Below are positions 53,100 through 64,000 of a stretch of DNA of 64,000 nt, piece after piece. The translations under genes were made by a program, and so were the position numbers. The stretch is from Podarcis melisellensis. Lineage: Eukaryota. Position 1 is the stretch's first letter. Every line of letters starts with the position of its first letter. The notes under the pieces were generated by a model that had not been told where the DNA came from, did no database searches, and was given only the letters and a program-made list of their open reading frames with translations. The DNA is taken from the NCBI GenBank assembly GCA_964234715.1, contig OZ174275.1; one strand, written 5' to 3'.

Positions 53100-54464
53100 C
53101 AGTGGAACCTCATGTTACGTACCGTCCTCCTTGCAAACGCTTCGGGTAACAAGTTCTGCTAAACCGGAAGTAGGTCTCCTGGTAACAAATTTTGCCTCGG
53201 GGTGCAAGCAGAAGTCGCATGCCGGAGGCGCACGTGCAGCGGAAGACGCCATTAGCGAAAGTGCGCCTCATGTTAAAAACGGTTTCAGGATAAGAACGGA
53301 CCTCCAGAACGGGGGGCCGCTAGGGGCGCATTGGAAGATGGCCGACAATACCATCTCTCTGTCTCACGCGAGGTAATTAAGAGGCTGATATGGGAGTATG
53401 CAGCCTCCCTTGTTACCCCAAGGGAATGGGGAACACTGCCTCACCTGCGGTTGCCACAAATCACCCCCGGATTCGAAAGAAGGGGGCGAGGGCACTAGGC
53501 TCACAACCCTCGCGTGGGACGGCTCTCCCTGACGCTGTCTCTGATCGCGTGCCTGGTTGCAGGAGCTCAAAATAAACAATTAGCGAGAAGCTAATTAGCG
53601 AGTTAAGACTGCTAATTGAAGTGACCTCAGTGAAGTCGAGCAACGGGCTGGATTCAACAATATAGCAAAAAGAAGATATATCGAAGATGTTGGTATGTCG
53701 GAACAGGACTGAAGGGGGGGACTTTTCTTTTTTATCTTATGTGAGTACCTAACAATCCCCCCCCCCCCAAGAAGAATCGTTGCAATTACTGATTACAAGC
53801 AGGATGATTAAGAACTGTGTGGAAATAAATTACTACTCAAAGACATGGCTTGTGGAATATTTGGAAAGGAATGAAAGGTCTTTGTGATGCAGTTATAAAA
53901 AGAGACTTGTTGGGGCAGGCCTGGCTACAGGAATCGAGGGGGAGGAGACCAAGGTTTGTTATTATATCGGACTGTGAGTTTGATCTGGCAGAACCCCCTA
54001 AGAGAGACTGACTGGCCTGTGAAGATTAATGGACAAACTTTAAGAATGTTTTGTACGGAAGTGCGCAAATGGTCTCTGTTTGTCTCAATATGGCTCTTGG
54101 AAGAACAGAAAATCCACACAGGATATAACAACGTTTGTTTTCAACCCGCTTGTGGAGACTACCAGAGGTCACAAAGAAAGGAATATATGACAACAACAAC
54201 AAGAAGATGAGGAAAATAATAAAGAGAAGATTGATTAGAACTGTGAATACTATTTGGACAGAAATTGTGAACATTAAAGCAGCAGCAAGAGAGATGTTTG
54301 AATCCCTTTCTGAGCTCGAAGCATGGGTACCCCCAACAAAAATTTTAAAAATTGCCTGTGTAATTTGGATTTAATGTGATTTGATTGGTTTGTTAATAAA
54401 AATGTTTTTTTAAAAAAGAACGGACCTCCAGAACAAATTAAGCTCGTAACTGGAGGTACCACTG
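53100..54464. mobile_element. Tigger/pogo-like MITE (about 240 bp) split by the 1.1 kb retroposon
   Basis: TA|CAGTGGAACCTC ... GAGGTACCACTG|TA; halves at 53100-53310 and 54435-54464. Confidence 0.88.
53311..54415 (+). mobile_element. Full-length ~1.1 kb non-coding L1-dependent retroposon, copy B (antisense in a FUT8 intron)
   Basis: Same 5' end as copy A; AATAAA at 54395-54400 and short A tail; perfect 19-bp TSD AAGAACGGACCTCCAGAAC (53292-53310, 54416-54434). Confidence 0.88.
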
Positions 54465-55034
54465 TACTGTGTCTATGCAATCCCACTTTCTATTGCACAT
54501 TATACCCACCTCAATGGATATTTGTACCAGGTCAGAGACATGTTTTTCACTTCCTACAAAAATGAACCGAGTTGGATTATTACCAACATGACTCATTTTA
54601 GGGAGCCATGCTTCACATGGCATGGTGCATACTTTGCATACAAGAAGGTTGCATCTCAGGTAGAGAAAAGATGGGATTCCTTTTGCTGTGTGCTTTGACT
54701 TATCTAATTGTTTGTGTTAGGTTTTAGTGAGGTTGTTTAACAATACTGTATTGTTTCTATTTATTTTGTTCCATATTACTTTGGGTACTATTGGCAAAGT
54801 GCCAGTTTTAGAAAATTAAAAGTTTTAAATGCATAGCCACACAATCAAACACAATTTTCATGACTCAAAGAAACATGTTAATAACCTTCCCCAGACATTT
54901 CATGATTCTTTGCACATACCAGATCAGTGTACAAGCACATACCAGTGAAATATATACACCAATGTAGTACAGTATTTTTAGAATACTTTCTTTATTGAAA
55001 AATAAATCCCATAGCATAAAATCTCCTGGACCTA

Positions 55035-55400
55035 GGTAAGGTAAAGGTAAAGGTACCCCTGCCCGTGCGGGCCAGTCTTGACAGACTCTGGGGTTGTGCG
55101 CCCATCTCACTTAAGAGGCCAGGGGCCAGCGCTGTCCGGAGACACTTCCGGGTCACATGGCCAGTGTGACATCGCTGCTCTGGTGAGCCAGAGCTGCACA
55201 CGGAAACGCCGTTTACCTTCCCGCTGGTAAGCGGTCCCTATTTATCTACTTGCACCCGGAGGTGCTTTCGAACTGCTAGGTTGGCAGGCACTGGGACCGA
55301 GCAGCGGGAGCGCACCCCGCAGCAGGGATTCGAACCGCCGACCTTTCGATCAGCAAGTCCTAGGCGCTGAGGCTTTAACCCACAGCGCCACCTGTGTCCC
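55035..55400 (-). mobile_element. Full-length Sauria SINE (different subfamily)
   Basis: Same head and body, variant 3' segment GTCAAGACTGGCCCGCACGGGCAGGGG, (ACCTTT)n tail; TSD TGGACCTA. Confidence 0.93.
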
Positions 55401-55584
55401 TGGACCTACCTATCCGAAATTTAGCAGGGTTAATCTACTCTTTTGGGGGCTATCTTTTCTTCTAATTTGATGCACTCATCTGTAAAAACCTAATAGCTGT
55501 GTCTGGTTTGATTTCCCAACGCAAGTGAATGGGACTACAGTGGTACCTCGGGTTAATTCGTTAATTCGCAAGTGAATGGGACTA

Positions 55585-55833
55585 CAGTGGTACCTCGGGT
55601 TAATTTGTTCTAGAGGCCCGTTCTTAACCTGAAAATGTTCTTTACCTGAAGCACCACTTTAGCTAATGGGGCCTCCAACTGCTGCCACACCATGATTTCT
55701 GTTCTGATCCTGAAGCAAAGTTCTTAACCCGAGGTACTATTTCTGGGTTAGCAGAGTCTGTAACCTGAAGCATATGTAACCTGTAACCTGAAGCGTATGT
55801 AACCTGAAGCCTATGTAACTCAAGGTACCACTG
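55585..55833. mobile_element. Tigger/pogo-like MITE with duplicated left junction
   Basis: TA|CAGTGGTACCTCGGGTTA ... TAACTCAAGGTACCACTG|TA; internal TAACCTGAAGC repeats. Confidence 0.88.
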
Positions 55834-58800
55834 TACAATATCTGGATTACTAGATCGCTCCAAAGCAAATCAGGGCCAGATCTAGATCTGGACCACCAGA
55901 TGTTGAGCTATGTCCAAAAGTCATATCCCAGGAAATAGTGTTCACTACTGACCTTGATGTTACCCTGTAGGTGGTCTTGTAGATCAGTGAAGTATGAGGT
56001 TGGTGTTGGTCATCAACACTACGGGCTCTGACAGTAATTAGCATGTATTCAATAGCTATGTTTTAGCTGCTGCTGCTTGTCTATGGTTTGCATCCAAACT
56101 GAGTTCCACTTTGACAATAGGACATCCACTTCCTGTCCTCCTCCCTGCAGCCTCCCACATGTTTTAGAAGGTGGGGGACCCTCCACAGCAATTCTGGGGA
56201 AGCACGTGGTGCTGTAGGGGGAGAGGAGAGGAAGAAGTCCCATTATCCAAGCAGATCTCCATTTGTGCGATGCTGGATTCAACTTTTTTATTATTTATTA
56301 TTTCTTTTAAAAATATTCTATTTCTTACTGATTTTAAATATTGCTAGCTGCCCTGAGTGGTGAATAAATGGGATATGATTATTCTATAATAAAATAAATA
56401 CCAACTGCAGCACTTCAAAGTTAACTTCTTTTTCAGGTTAACTTCTTTTAGATATCTATCTATTTTAGATATCTTACACTACTCATTGAAATGCTAAGTT
56501 TATACAGAATGCTTTCTCCCCCTTTAAACAATTTAAGAGAAATGCGTGTTTTTGAATGATCATGTATTACAACAGCAACAGGAAAGCTCTGGCCTACAGA
56601 CCTAATTAAGCCTGGCAAAGATGCCAACTTTGTTCACAAGTCTGTTTCCCACAAAGCATGTCTACCTGTCCCACACCTGACATCAGATGTGATATGACGT
56701 GGGGCGGGGGGCACAGGTGAAGACACAGCTGCCAGTGCACAATCAGGAGCATTAAAAAACACTCCAAACTGTGCATTTGCAAGGCAGGCTTGCTGTCAGT
56801 GCTGATGAGCTGATCAGCAGTGAGAGAAAGCCTGTTGGGATCAGCTTCGCTACCAAGTTCCCCATTGTTACTTCAATCCTTGGCTTTTCTTTTGCTGCAT
56901 AATTTGCTATGCTACAAAGGAAAACTGGGTTGCCTTTTGTCATAGTAACATCAGGTGACTGACAGCTGGGCAGGCTCTGGCCAGCTGCTGAAGTGGCACA
57001 GCAGGATTGAGGGAACCCACGATCCAGCTCAGACTGTATCTAGTTTTCAACGTGTTTTAAGGTATTCACATGTATTCTAATTTTTTTTTTTAAATCAACT
57101 AAAGCTTTTAGATTATATGAATGTTGTTCAAGTAAGCAGACTTGAACATTTTTCTAATATTTTCTAATCAAAATTTTCTGCTCAAGTGCTACTTTTCAGA
57201 TCTTTATACAACATGAACATTAACATGTATAGGTTCAATTTTATTTACTGAATATAAATGAAACAAATACACCCTGATAACCATTTGTTTAAGGCACTGG
57301 AAACTACAAATTCAAAATTCTGCAGAGAACGTACATTATGATACTTCAGTTTTGCAGGAACTCAGCTTAATGAAGAGAAAAAGAAGACTATTAAATTGTA
57401 TCTGACACTGCTCGTGCCATACAAACAATATAAGTGAACCAGTGGGTGCATCTGCTAATGGAAGGGAAGAGGAGGGAATTCCATGCCATCTTCTACATTG
57501 TTCAGGAAGGTTCCCCGGCTCTCTGGAGCTGATTGTCAGGGGCACTGGAGACAGTAGGAGGAAATGGCAAAAATAACCTTTCTTCTTCCATTACCTGATG
57601 CCTCACTTGCATTGTTTGATTGCTTTGGCCCAAGCCCTTCCATGAGCACAAGAATACCAAATGGATTCCACCCATAATGAATTGATATTGAAGTAAAATT
57701 GAGCAAATGGAATGGTCACAATCCTAGCAAAATATGAAATCAAGTTGTAATTAACTTTTATGCCGGCTCAGACTGGCAATATATTTAACCAAAAAAACAA
57801 GTCAAGAAAACAAGCCTCTGAAGAGAGCAAGTCAGACCCAACCAGCAGTGGCAATAGAAAGAATCGCTCTGGTGAATGGGATTATTATTGACTAAATTTG
57901 TATACTGTCCTTCATTCATAGATCTCAGGGTGGTTCACAGGAATGACCCCACCCCCTGGAGAGGAGGCAGTAGACTTTCTAGGATACCACTACCAGGAGT
58001 TGTCACCCCTATCAGAGGAATGTCCTTCAGCCCAATGCAGAAACAAGAATTCACAGTAAGAATTCCATTTTTTTTTCAAGCAATCATCCCTAGAGAGCAC
58101 TGCTCTATATGCATATTAAAATTGGAATGGTAGCATTTTTCAATGGCTTTTAACTTATCTAAATACTTTTAAGGAAAATGTATTACATGAGTTGTCTAGT
58201 GTCTTTTGAAAACTAATGCACTTCAAATTTTTACATGGTCACAATTCCATAGTACTGACTGCTTTGTTTAGAATGATGAGGCAGAATTTTAGAGATAAGA
58301 TTTAAATTACCACAAACGTGGCAAAACCAAGTTCAAATTGCTTGCATATTATACAGCTTAACTGCTGATATGTAACCATTTCTTTCAAGATGCAAACTGA
58401 AATGATACTACAACTTCCAACAAACTTCCTTAAGAAATATGCAAAATATTCCCAAGAATATAATAAAGTTCAATGAAGTGCCAATTGTACAACATGTTAA
58501 TATAAAGCAGATATGTCTATTAAAGCATACATTTGCTAATGGTTTTGCGGACAATTATTTGGCAAATTCTTAGCATTACTGATTTTTTATGACTTAAGCA
58601 TTAACAACAGACAGTTTCTCATGTCGACAAGCCCTGTGTAAAGACCTCCACACCCCAGCCTACCTCACTGGACCCCCAGCTTCTCAGTCCTCTGGACCGT
58701 GGCTGCTCTCACTTTAGTCCTAAAGCATGTTTCCTAAAAATGCAATTACAATAGTTCTACTCAGAAGATCCATTGAGTTCACTGGGGCTTATTCTGAGGT

Positions 58801-58865
58801 CAGCAGGTATAAGTTTGTCACTTTAGCTATATAATTCCAGAATTATTTAAATATGCACATGTATA

Positions 58866-59223
58866 AAGGTAAAGGTAAAGGGATCCCTTGACCATTAGGT
58901 CCAGTCGTGGCCGACTCTGGGGTTGCGGCGCTCATCTCGCTTTACTGGCCGAGGGAGCCGACTTACAGCTTCCAGATCATGTGGCCAGCATGACAAAGCC
59001 ACTTCTGGCGAACCAGAGCAGTGCACGGAAACGCCATTTACCTTCCCGCCGGAGCGGTACCTATTTATCTACTTGCACTTTGACGTGCTTTCGAACTGCT
59101 AGGGGGGGCAGGAGCAGGGACCAAGCAACGGGAGCTCACCCCGTCATGGGGATTCGAACTGCCGATCTTCTGATCGGCAAGTCCTAGGCTCTGTGGTTTA
59201 ACCCACAGCGTCACCTGCGTCCC
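58866..59223 (-). mobile_element. Full-length Sauria SINE (Squam1/POM type)
   Basis: Matches 34588-34942; perfect 13-bp TSD ATGCACATGTATA. Confidence 0.95.
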
Positions 59224-60200
59224 ATGCACATGTATAGAGCAGCCTCATTTGGAAAATCATGCTCCCTCAGGAGATCATCTTGCCCATTGTTTTAGTCTTG
59301 AACATAAAAGCCTTCCTTAAAATGTTCTTCAACATGAAAAAAAACCTAAGGTCCTCCAGATGTTACTGGAGTACAACTCCCATCATACCTGGCCATTGGC
59401 TATGATGGCTGGTGCTGATGGCGAGTTGGGAGTCCAACAACCTCTAGAAGGCTATGGGTTCTGCACCTGTACATTAATTTGCTTCTCAATATGTGTACCA
59501 AGGCACACATACATACACACAAACATACTTCTTCTTAAAATAATTCTACATACTTTTTCTGATTAGAACTAATCTCGATGTCAGAAAAAGTACTACATGA
59601 AGTGTCTCTAAGGTCATGTTTGAAAGGGCACTTCCTTCTCTCTTGCAGTAGTACCATGATTTTCAAAGATGTCACCAGAAAAGTATTTGCCATGGGAAAC
59701 CAAGCATAACATCCTTGATACTATGGTCACTATGTCCTTTTAACCATAAAGGTAGTGACTGATGGGCCATGGACTTATGGAATTTGCATATGTGATTCAA
59801 TCCAAAAGAACATACCTTACAAATTTCCCTCAAAGTCTGAGAAAAAAATGTTATCTAGACAAAATACTGAACAGCCAAAGAGATTTTCTTCTTTTTAATT
59901 TAGTAAAAAATGATAAAACCAGAAAGTATATTGATGAAAGGTATAGCAATTTCTCATAGCTAAGTGACTGGAAATGCACTTCAACAGAAATTGAACACGA
60001 ACAGCAAATAAATTTGATCTATAAAACTTACCAAATGCTCTCTTACTTAATGTCCAAACACATACTAAATAAACTAATTTCATTATTTTAATGACTAAAG
60101 TTGCTTTAACCCTGATAAATACATATATTTTTCTGGCGCCTTATGTACTCTCACACTGCTCTATATTAGCATGAATTAAATGTTCCTTCAGGAAATCCTA

Positions 60201-60389
<189 letters not shown>

Positions 60390-60942
60390 TTAGTGGCTAA
60401 CTTAACTAATCAGAAGAATCACTGGCAAAATGAAAAGTAAATGAGGATTATAAGATCTTAAAATAGGAATTTTAAAAAATCAATTTCCCTCCACTTCCAG
60501 AGCCAAATATCTGTATGTGCACATGTATTCACCTTCAATAAATTTAGCAATCTCAAATTGATTTAAGCAAAATATTTGAACAGTTTAGGGATGAGAAAAC
60601 CAAGCTCACACACACGCACAGACAGAATTGGAATTGATTTCCCCTAAGCACCAAAAACAATATTCATAATAAAACAAATCTTTTGGTGCAGGTAGAGCAA
60701 CATAATAATCTCTCTTGAAAGCCAAAATGAGTTGCTACCATCAAACATTAAGAAAATATGCATATAGGTTTAATACACAATCTCCCTGCTGTTTAAAGTA
60801 TTGTGAAAAGTTTTCAGTTTACAGATAGCATGCAGAGGTGGACTAAAAACCAGTACTCTAGTCCATTGAGAATATCACGGAAAGGTGTCAGCAAAAGAGA
60901 AGAAAGTATAGGTTCATGGTGGAAATTATAGGCAGTTAGGTA

Positions 60943-61458
60943 CCGTATTTTTCGTCCCATAGGACGCTCCATCCCATAGGACGCACCTAGTTTTTTTTGG
61001 GGGGGGATAAAGGAATTTTCCCCCCTTTATTTCCCCCCCAAAAGCAGGTCGGGGAAACCGAACCAGGTCAAGGAACAGTGGGATGGCGGCGCTTTGCCTC
61101 CCTGCTGTCCCCCGAGCTTGTGGGGCTGGCCGATGTCTGCCCGGCACAAGGGGCGCACTGCTTCAGGGCGCCCCGCCCGCCAGGCGGCAGGCTTCTATCC
61201 TCAGCGTGGGGAGCCCTGCGGGGAACTCCTGCAGGGCTCCCCACGCTGCGGATGTCTGTCCGGCGTGCGGGGTGCTCTGCTTCAGGGCGTCCTACCCGCC
61301 GGGCGGCAGGCTGCTATCCGCAGCGTGGGGAGCCCTGCGGGACCCCTCTCGCTCTCCAAGCTTCAGCGAAAGCCTGCATTCGCCCCATAGGATGCACCCA
61401 GATTTCCCCTTCATTTTTGGAGGGGGAAAAAGTGCGTCCTATAGGGCGAAAAATACGG
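60943..61458. mobile_element. Tc2-like MITE with internal ~119-bp GC-rich tandem duplication
   Basis: TA|CCGTATTTTTCG ... CGAAAAATACGG|TA; units start at 61132 and 61251. Confidence 0.9.
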
Positions 61459-63975
61459 TAATCAGCAGACTAACTCAACATTGTTGAAAAAGACACAAAC
61501 CATCAGTGCATACTAATAAATTTAGTTCTGAGCAGTAACCAACTCAAACCACTCAATCCATTTTGGGGGGAGGTGACAGACAAAAAACTATGATTGTGTA
61601 TAATTATACCCAGAGTTCATAGCTTAGTTAAAAACTACTTGATCGTCACACAAGAAATTGAACAGGAAAATATCTCCAGTGATTGTATACTTTTCCTGCC
61701 CTTGCATGCATAAATAAATAAATGAATAAATAAATAAATAACTGGCAACTGGTCAAATCAACATCCACTCCCTCAAAAAAAATCTCAGTGAAATTCTCTA
61801 TCACCTTGATAGGCTGGGCTGTGCAGTGCTGAGAATAACTTTGAGCACAATATGTCTATGTGCTACTTGCCATGTACCAACATGAATGGCATTGGAGTGC
61901 ATGTCGGAGAATGCCTGATGTGAACTTCACCTGAGCTAAGCCCAGGACAAACACTCTCAATGGGTTAAGGACAGATTCAACTAGGCTTGCACGAAAACTC
62001 AGCAGGGCAGCTGCCTGGGATTCAAGAGATAGCTGTGAATTGTCAACAGACTAATATTGCCAAATCCCAGAATGCAAAGAACACATCCTGAAGGAGAATG
62101 GCAGAGGAAGGAAAAACAGAATCAAAGCTTAAAGTGACACACAGAGGTCCTATGGTGATGGCAGCAACAATGTTCTCTAAAATTTCCTGGCTAACAATAT
62201 CCAGAATTACTCAACAGGACTCCCACAAATCTTTGCCATATCCTGCAACTGCATTCCCAACATCTCATAGTATATTGTATCAAATCCAAAATACGAACAG
62301 GGCACAATGTTCCCTATCACTATTTTAGTGGAGGATCAATAATTGCCCAATAAATACAGTTATAAGGTAAAATCAGAATGTCAAAGGCTCAATAAACCAT
62401 AAGACCCTGAGTGCAACTGAATAGGAATTCATGGTGAGTATCAGCTTTCATGGAGTTACATAATCTACTCAAGCAGCCGCATAATGTTCATTATAGGGTA
62501 TTTTTAAAATCACATTAGGTAAACCAATTAGATGCAATTGGTCTGTTCAATTATTAGAGAATCTCAAGTTATTTTAGGACTAAATAGTACCTGCCCCCCC
62601 AAAATTTATCTGCTATAATCTTGATGCATGATCCATCTCAGGTTCAGCAAGTCTTTTGCATGCAAAGAGAATGGCACTGGGCTTAGGGCTCTGGTTGCCT
62701 TAGTAAATGCAAACCTCAGGAGACAGAACTATAGTTCAATGGTAGCGCACATACTTTGTATTCAAAAGGTCTCATATTCAATGCCTGGCACCACCAATTA
62801 AAAGAATCAGATAACAAGTGACGGGTAGGAGTGATGGAAATGTACTCTGCCAGAAATACTAGGCAACGACCAGAAGTTAAGATTAAACTGGGATAGATGG
62901 ACATGGTCTGACATGGTATGAGACAGTTTCCAATGATCTCAATGTGCCAGGCCATTATTTAGATATGCCCAGGGGGGTGTTAAATATGTGTTAGTGTGTA
63001 AGTGGAAGTGAGTGGGGATATATTGCACCTTAGTCTACAAAATTTAGAACAGGTTTGACATCTAAACATTTGCACTGCAAATAAGCGTTTAGCTGTACTT
63101 GCTTTCACTTTATACTGAATGAAACAAATAAATCTTTAGTAAAAGCAGGAATTATTGTGTTTAATATATATAACATATAACATTAAGGTCATCAACATCG
63201 GTAGCAAGTATTTTCACCAACTCAGAAATCCAATCTGCATCTGGAGCCAATCACATACATCTGCAAAACATCATAGAAGTATCAGCTTTACAGAAATGAC
63301 CAGGGTTGTAAATAATGATCCACATGCTATTAACTTTAATGCCAGATCTAGATCAGGCAAATTTAATATGTTCTTGTTGTCAAGGTAAGTGTACAGTTAC
63401 TGAACATTCAGGTAAACAAATTAATCCAGTTAGAACGCAAGACTGGCAAAAAATATATCATTTTCAGTATTACAGCCGACTTAGATTTGGTTTTATAGCT
63501 TATGAGATTTTTGCACCTTGGCAGTTATTCTCATGATGAAATATACACCCAGACAGACCACCTCTTTAACAGTAAACATATCCAAAGAAATCAATTTAGT
63601 ATAAGGCAACAAATTATATAGCTTTATTTTGTATAACTTTTAACAGGCCAAAGAGGAAATTCCTTAGTGTAGTCTCATGAGGCTACCAAAATTTTTGTTA
63701 TGTGAAATTAAGTTCTCAAGTTTAATTGCAAATATCATTTTCTATTATTCTCTCTATGTTCCAGAACCAGTCATATATATAAAGATTGCTAAATGAAAAT
63801 ATAGGTGCCCAAGCCACCAATATTAGAGGAAACATACAAAGTTGAGGAACATGTGGTTCCAAAAAAAAGGAGTATGACCTTCAGAGTCATGGCTGATTAA
63901 GACATCTAATATGCAAGATTCTAAGCAAAGCCCATATATTCAAAAAATAAATGCATCCCTATAGTAACCCCTTCA

Positions 63976-64000
63976 TAACAACAACAACAACAACAACAAC
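63976..64000. repeat. (AAC)n microsatellite running off the window end
   Basis: Directly visible. Confidence 0.9.

Noticed and set aside
60997-61487. Three overlapping ORFs of 98-154 aa
   Set aside because: They lie almost entirely in a GC-rich MITE with an internal tandem duplication; stop-poor composition explains them and they show no transposase motifs.

Overview
Vertebrate (squamate, most likely lacertid lizard) genomic DNA. The minus strand carries the last six coding exons of FUT8 (alpha-1,6-fucosyltransferase): 60246-60360, 51351-51588, 36205-36451, 32893-33069, 31758-31908 and 24625-24942. All have GT-AG introns, phases join in frame, and about 1 kb of 3'UTR follows. Positions 1 to about 23600 are downstream intergenic DNA with one assembly gap. 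The rest is dense with squamate repeats: Sauria/Squam1, Squam2-like and Squam3-like SINEs; BovB, CR1, L2, L1 and Rex1/Babar-like fragments; hAT and Tc1/mariner (Tigger/Tc2-like) MITEs; a Penelope-type fold-back with a minimal hammerhead motif; a tailless U2 retrocopy; and a putative solo LTR. The most striking observation is two full-length copies (20373-21510 and 53311-54415) of a ~1.1 kb non-coding, polyadenylated retroposon. Both have an L1-like YY1 5' end and perfect long TSDs. The copies are strongly diverged from each other, yet their conserved blocks form nested long-range helices with compensatory changes, suggesting a large structured-RNA parasite of L1. No database search was possible, so novelty is unverified and family names come from recognition only.
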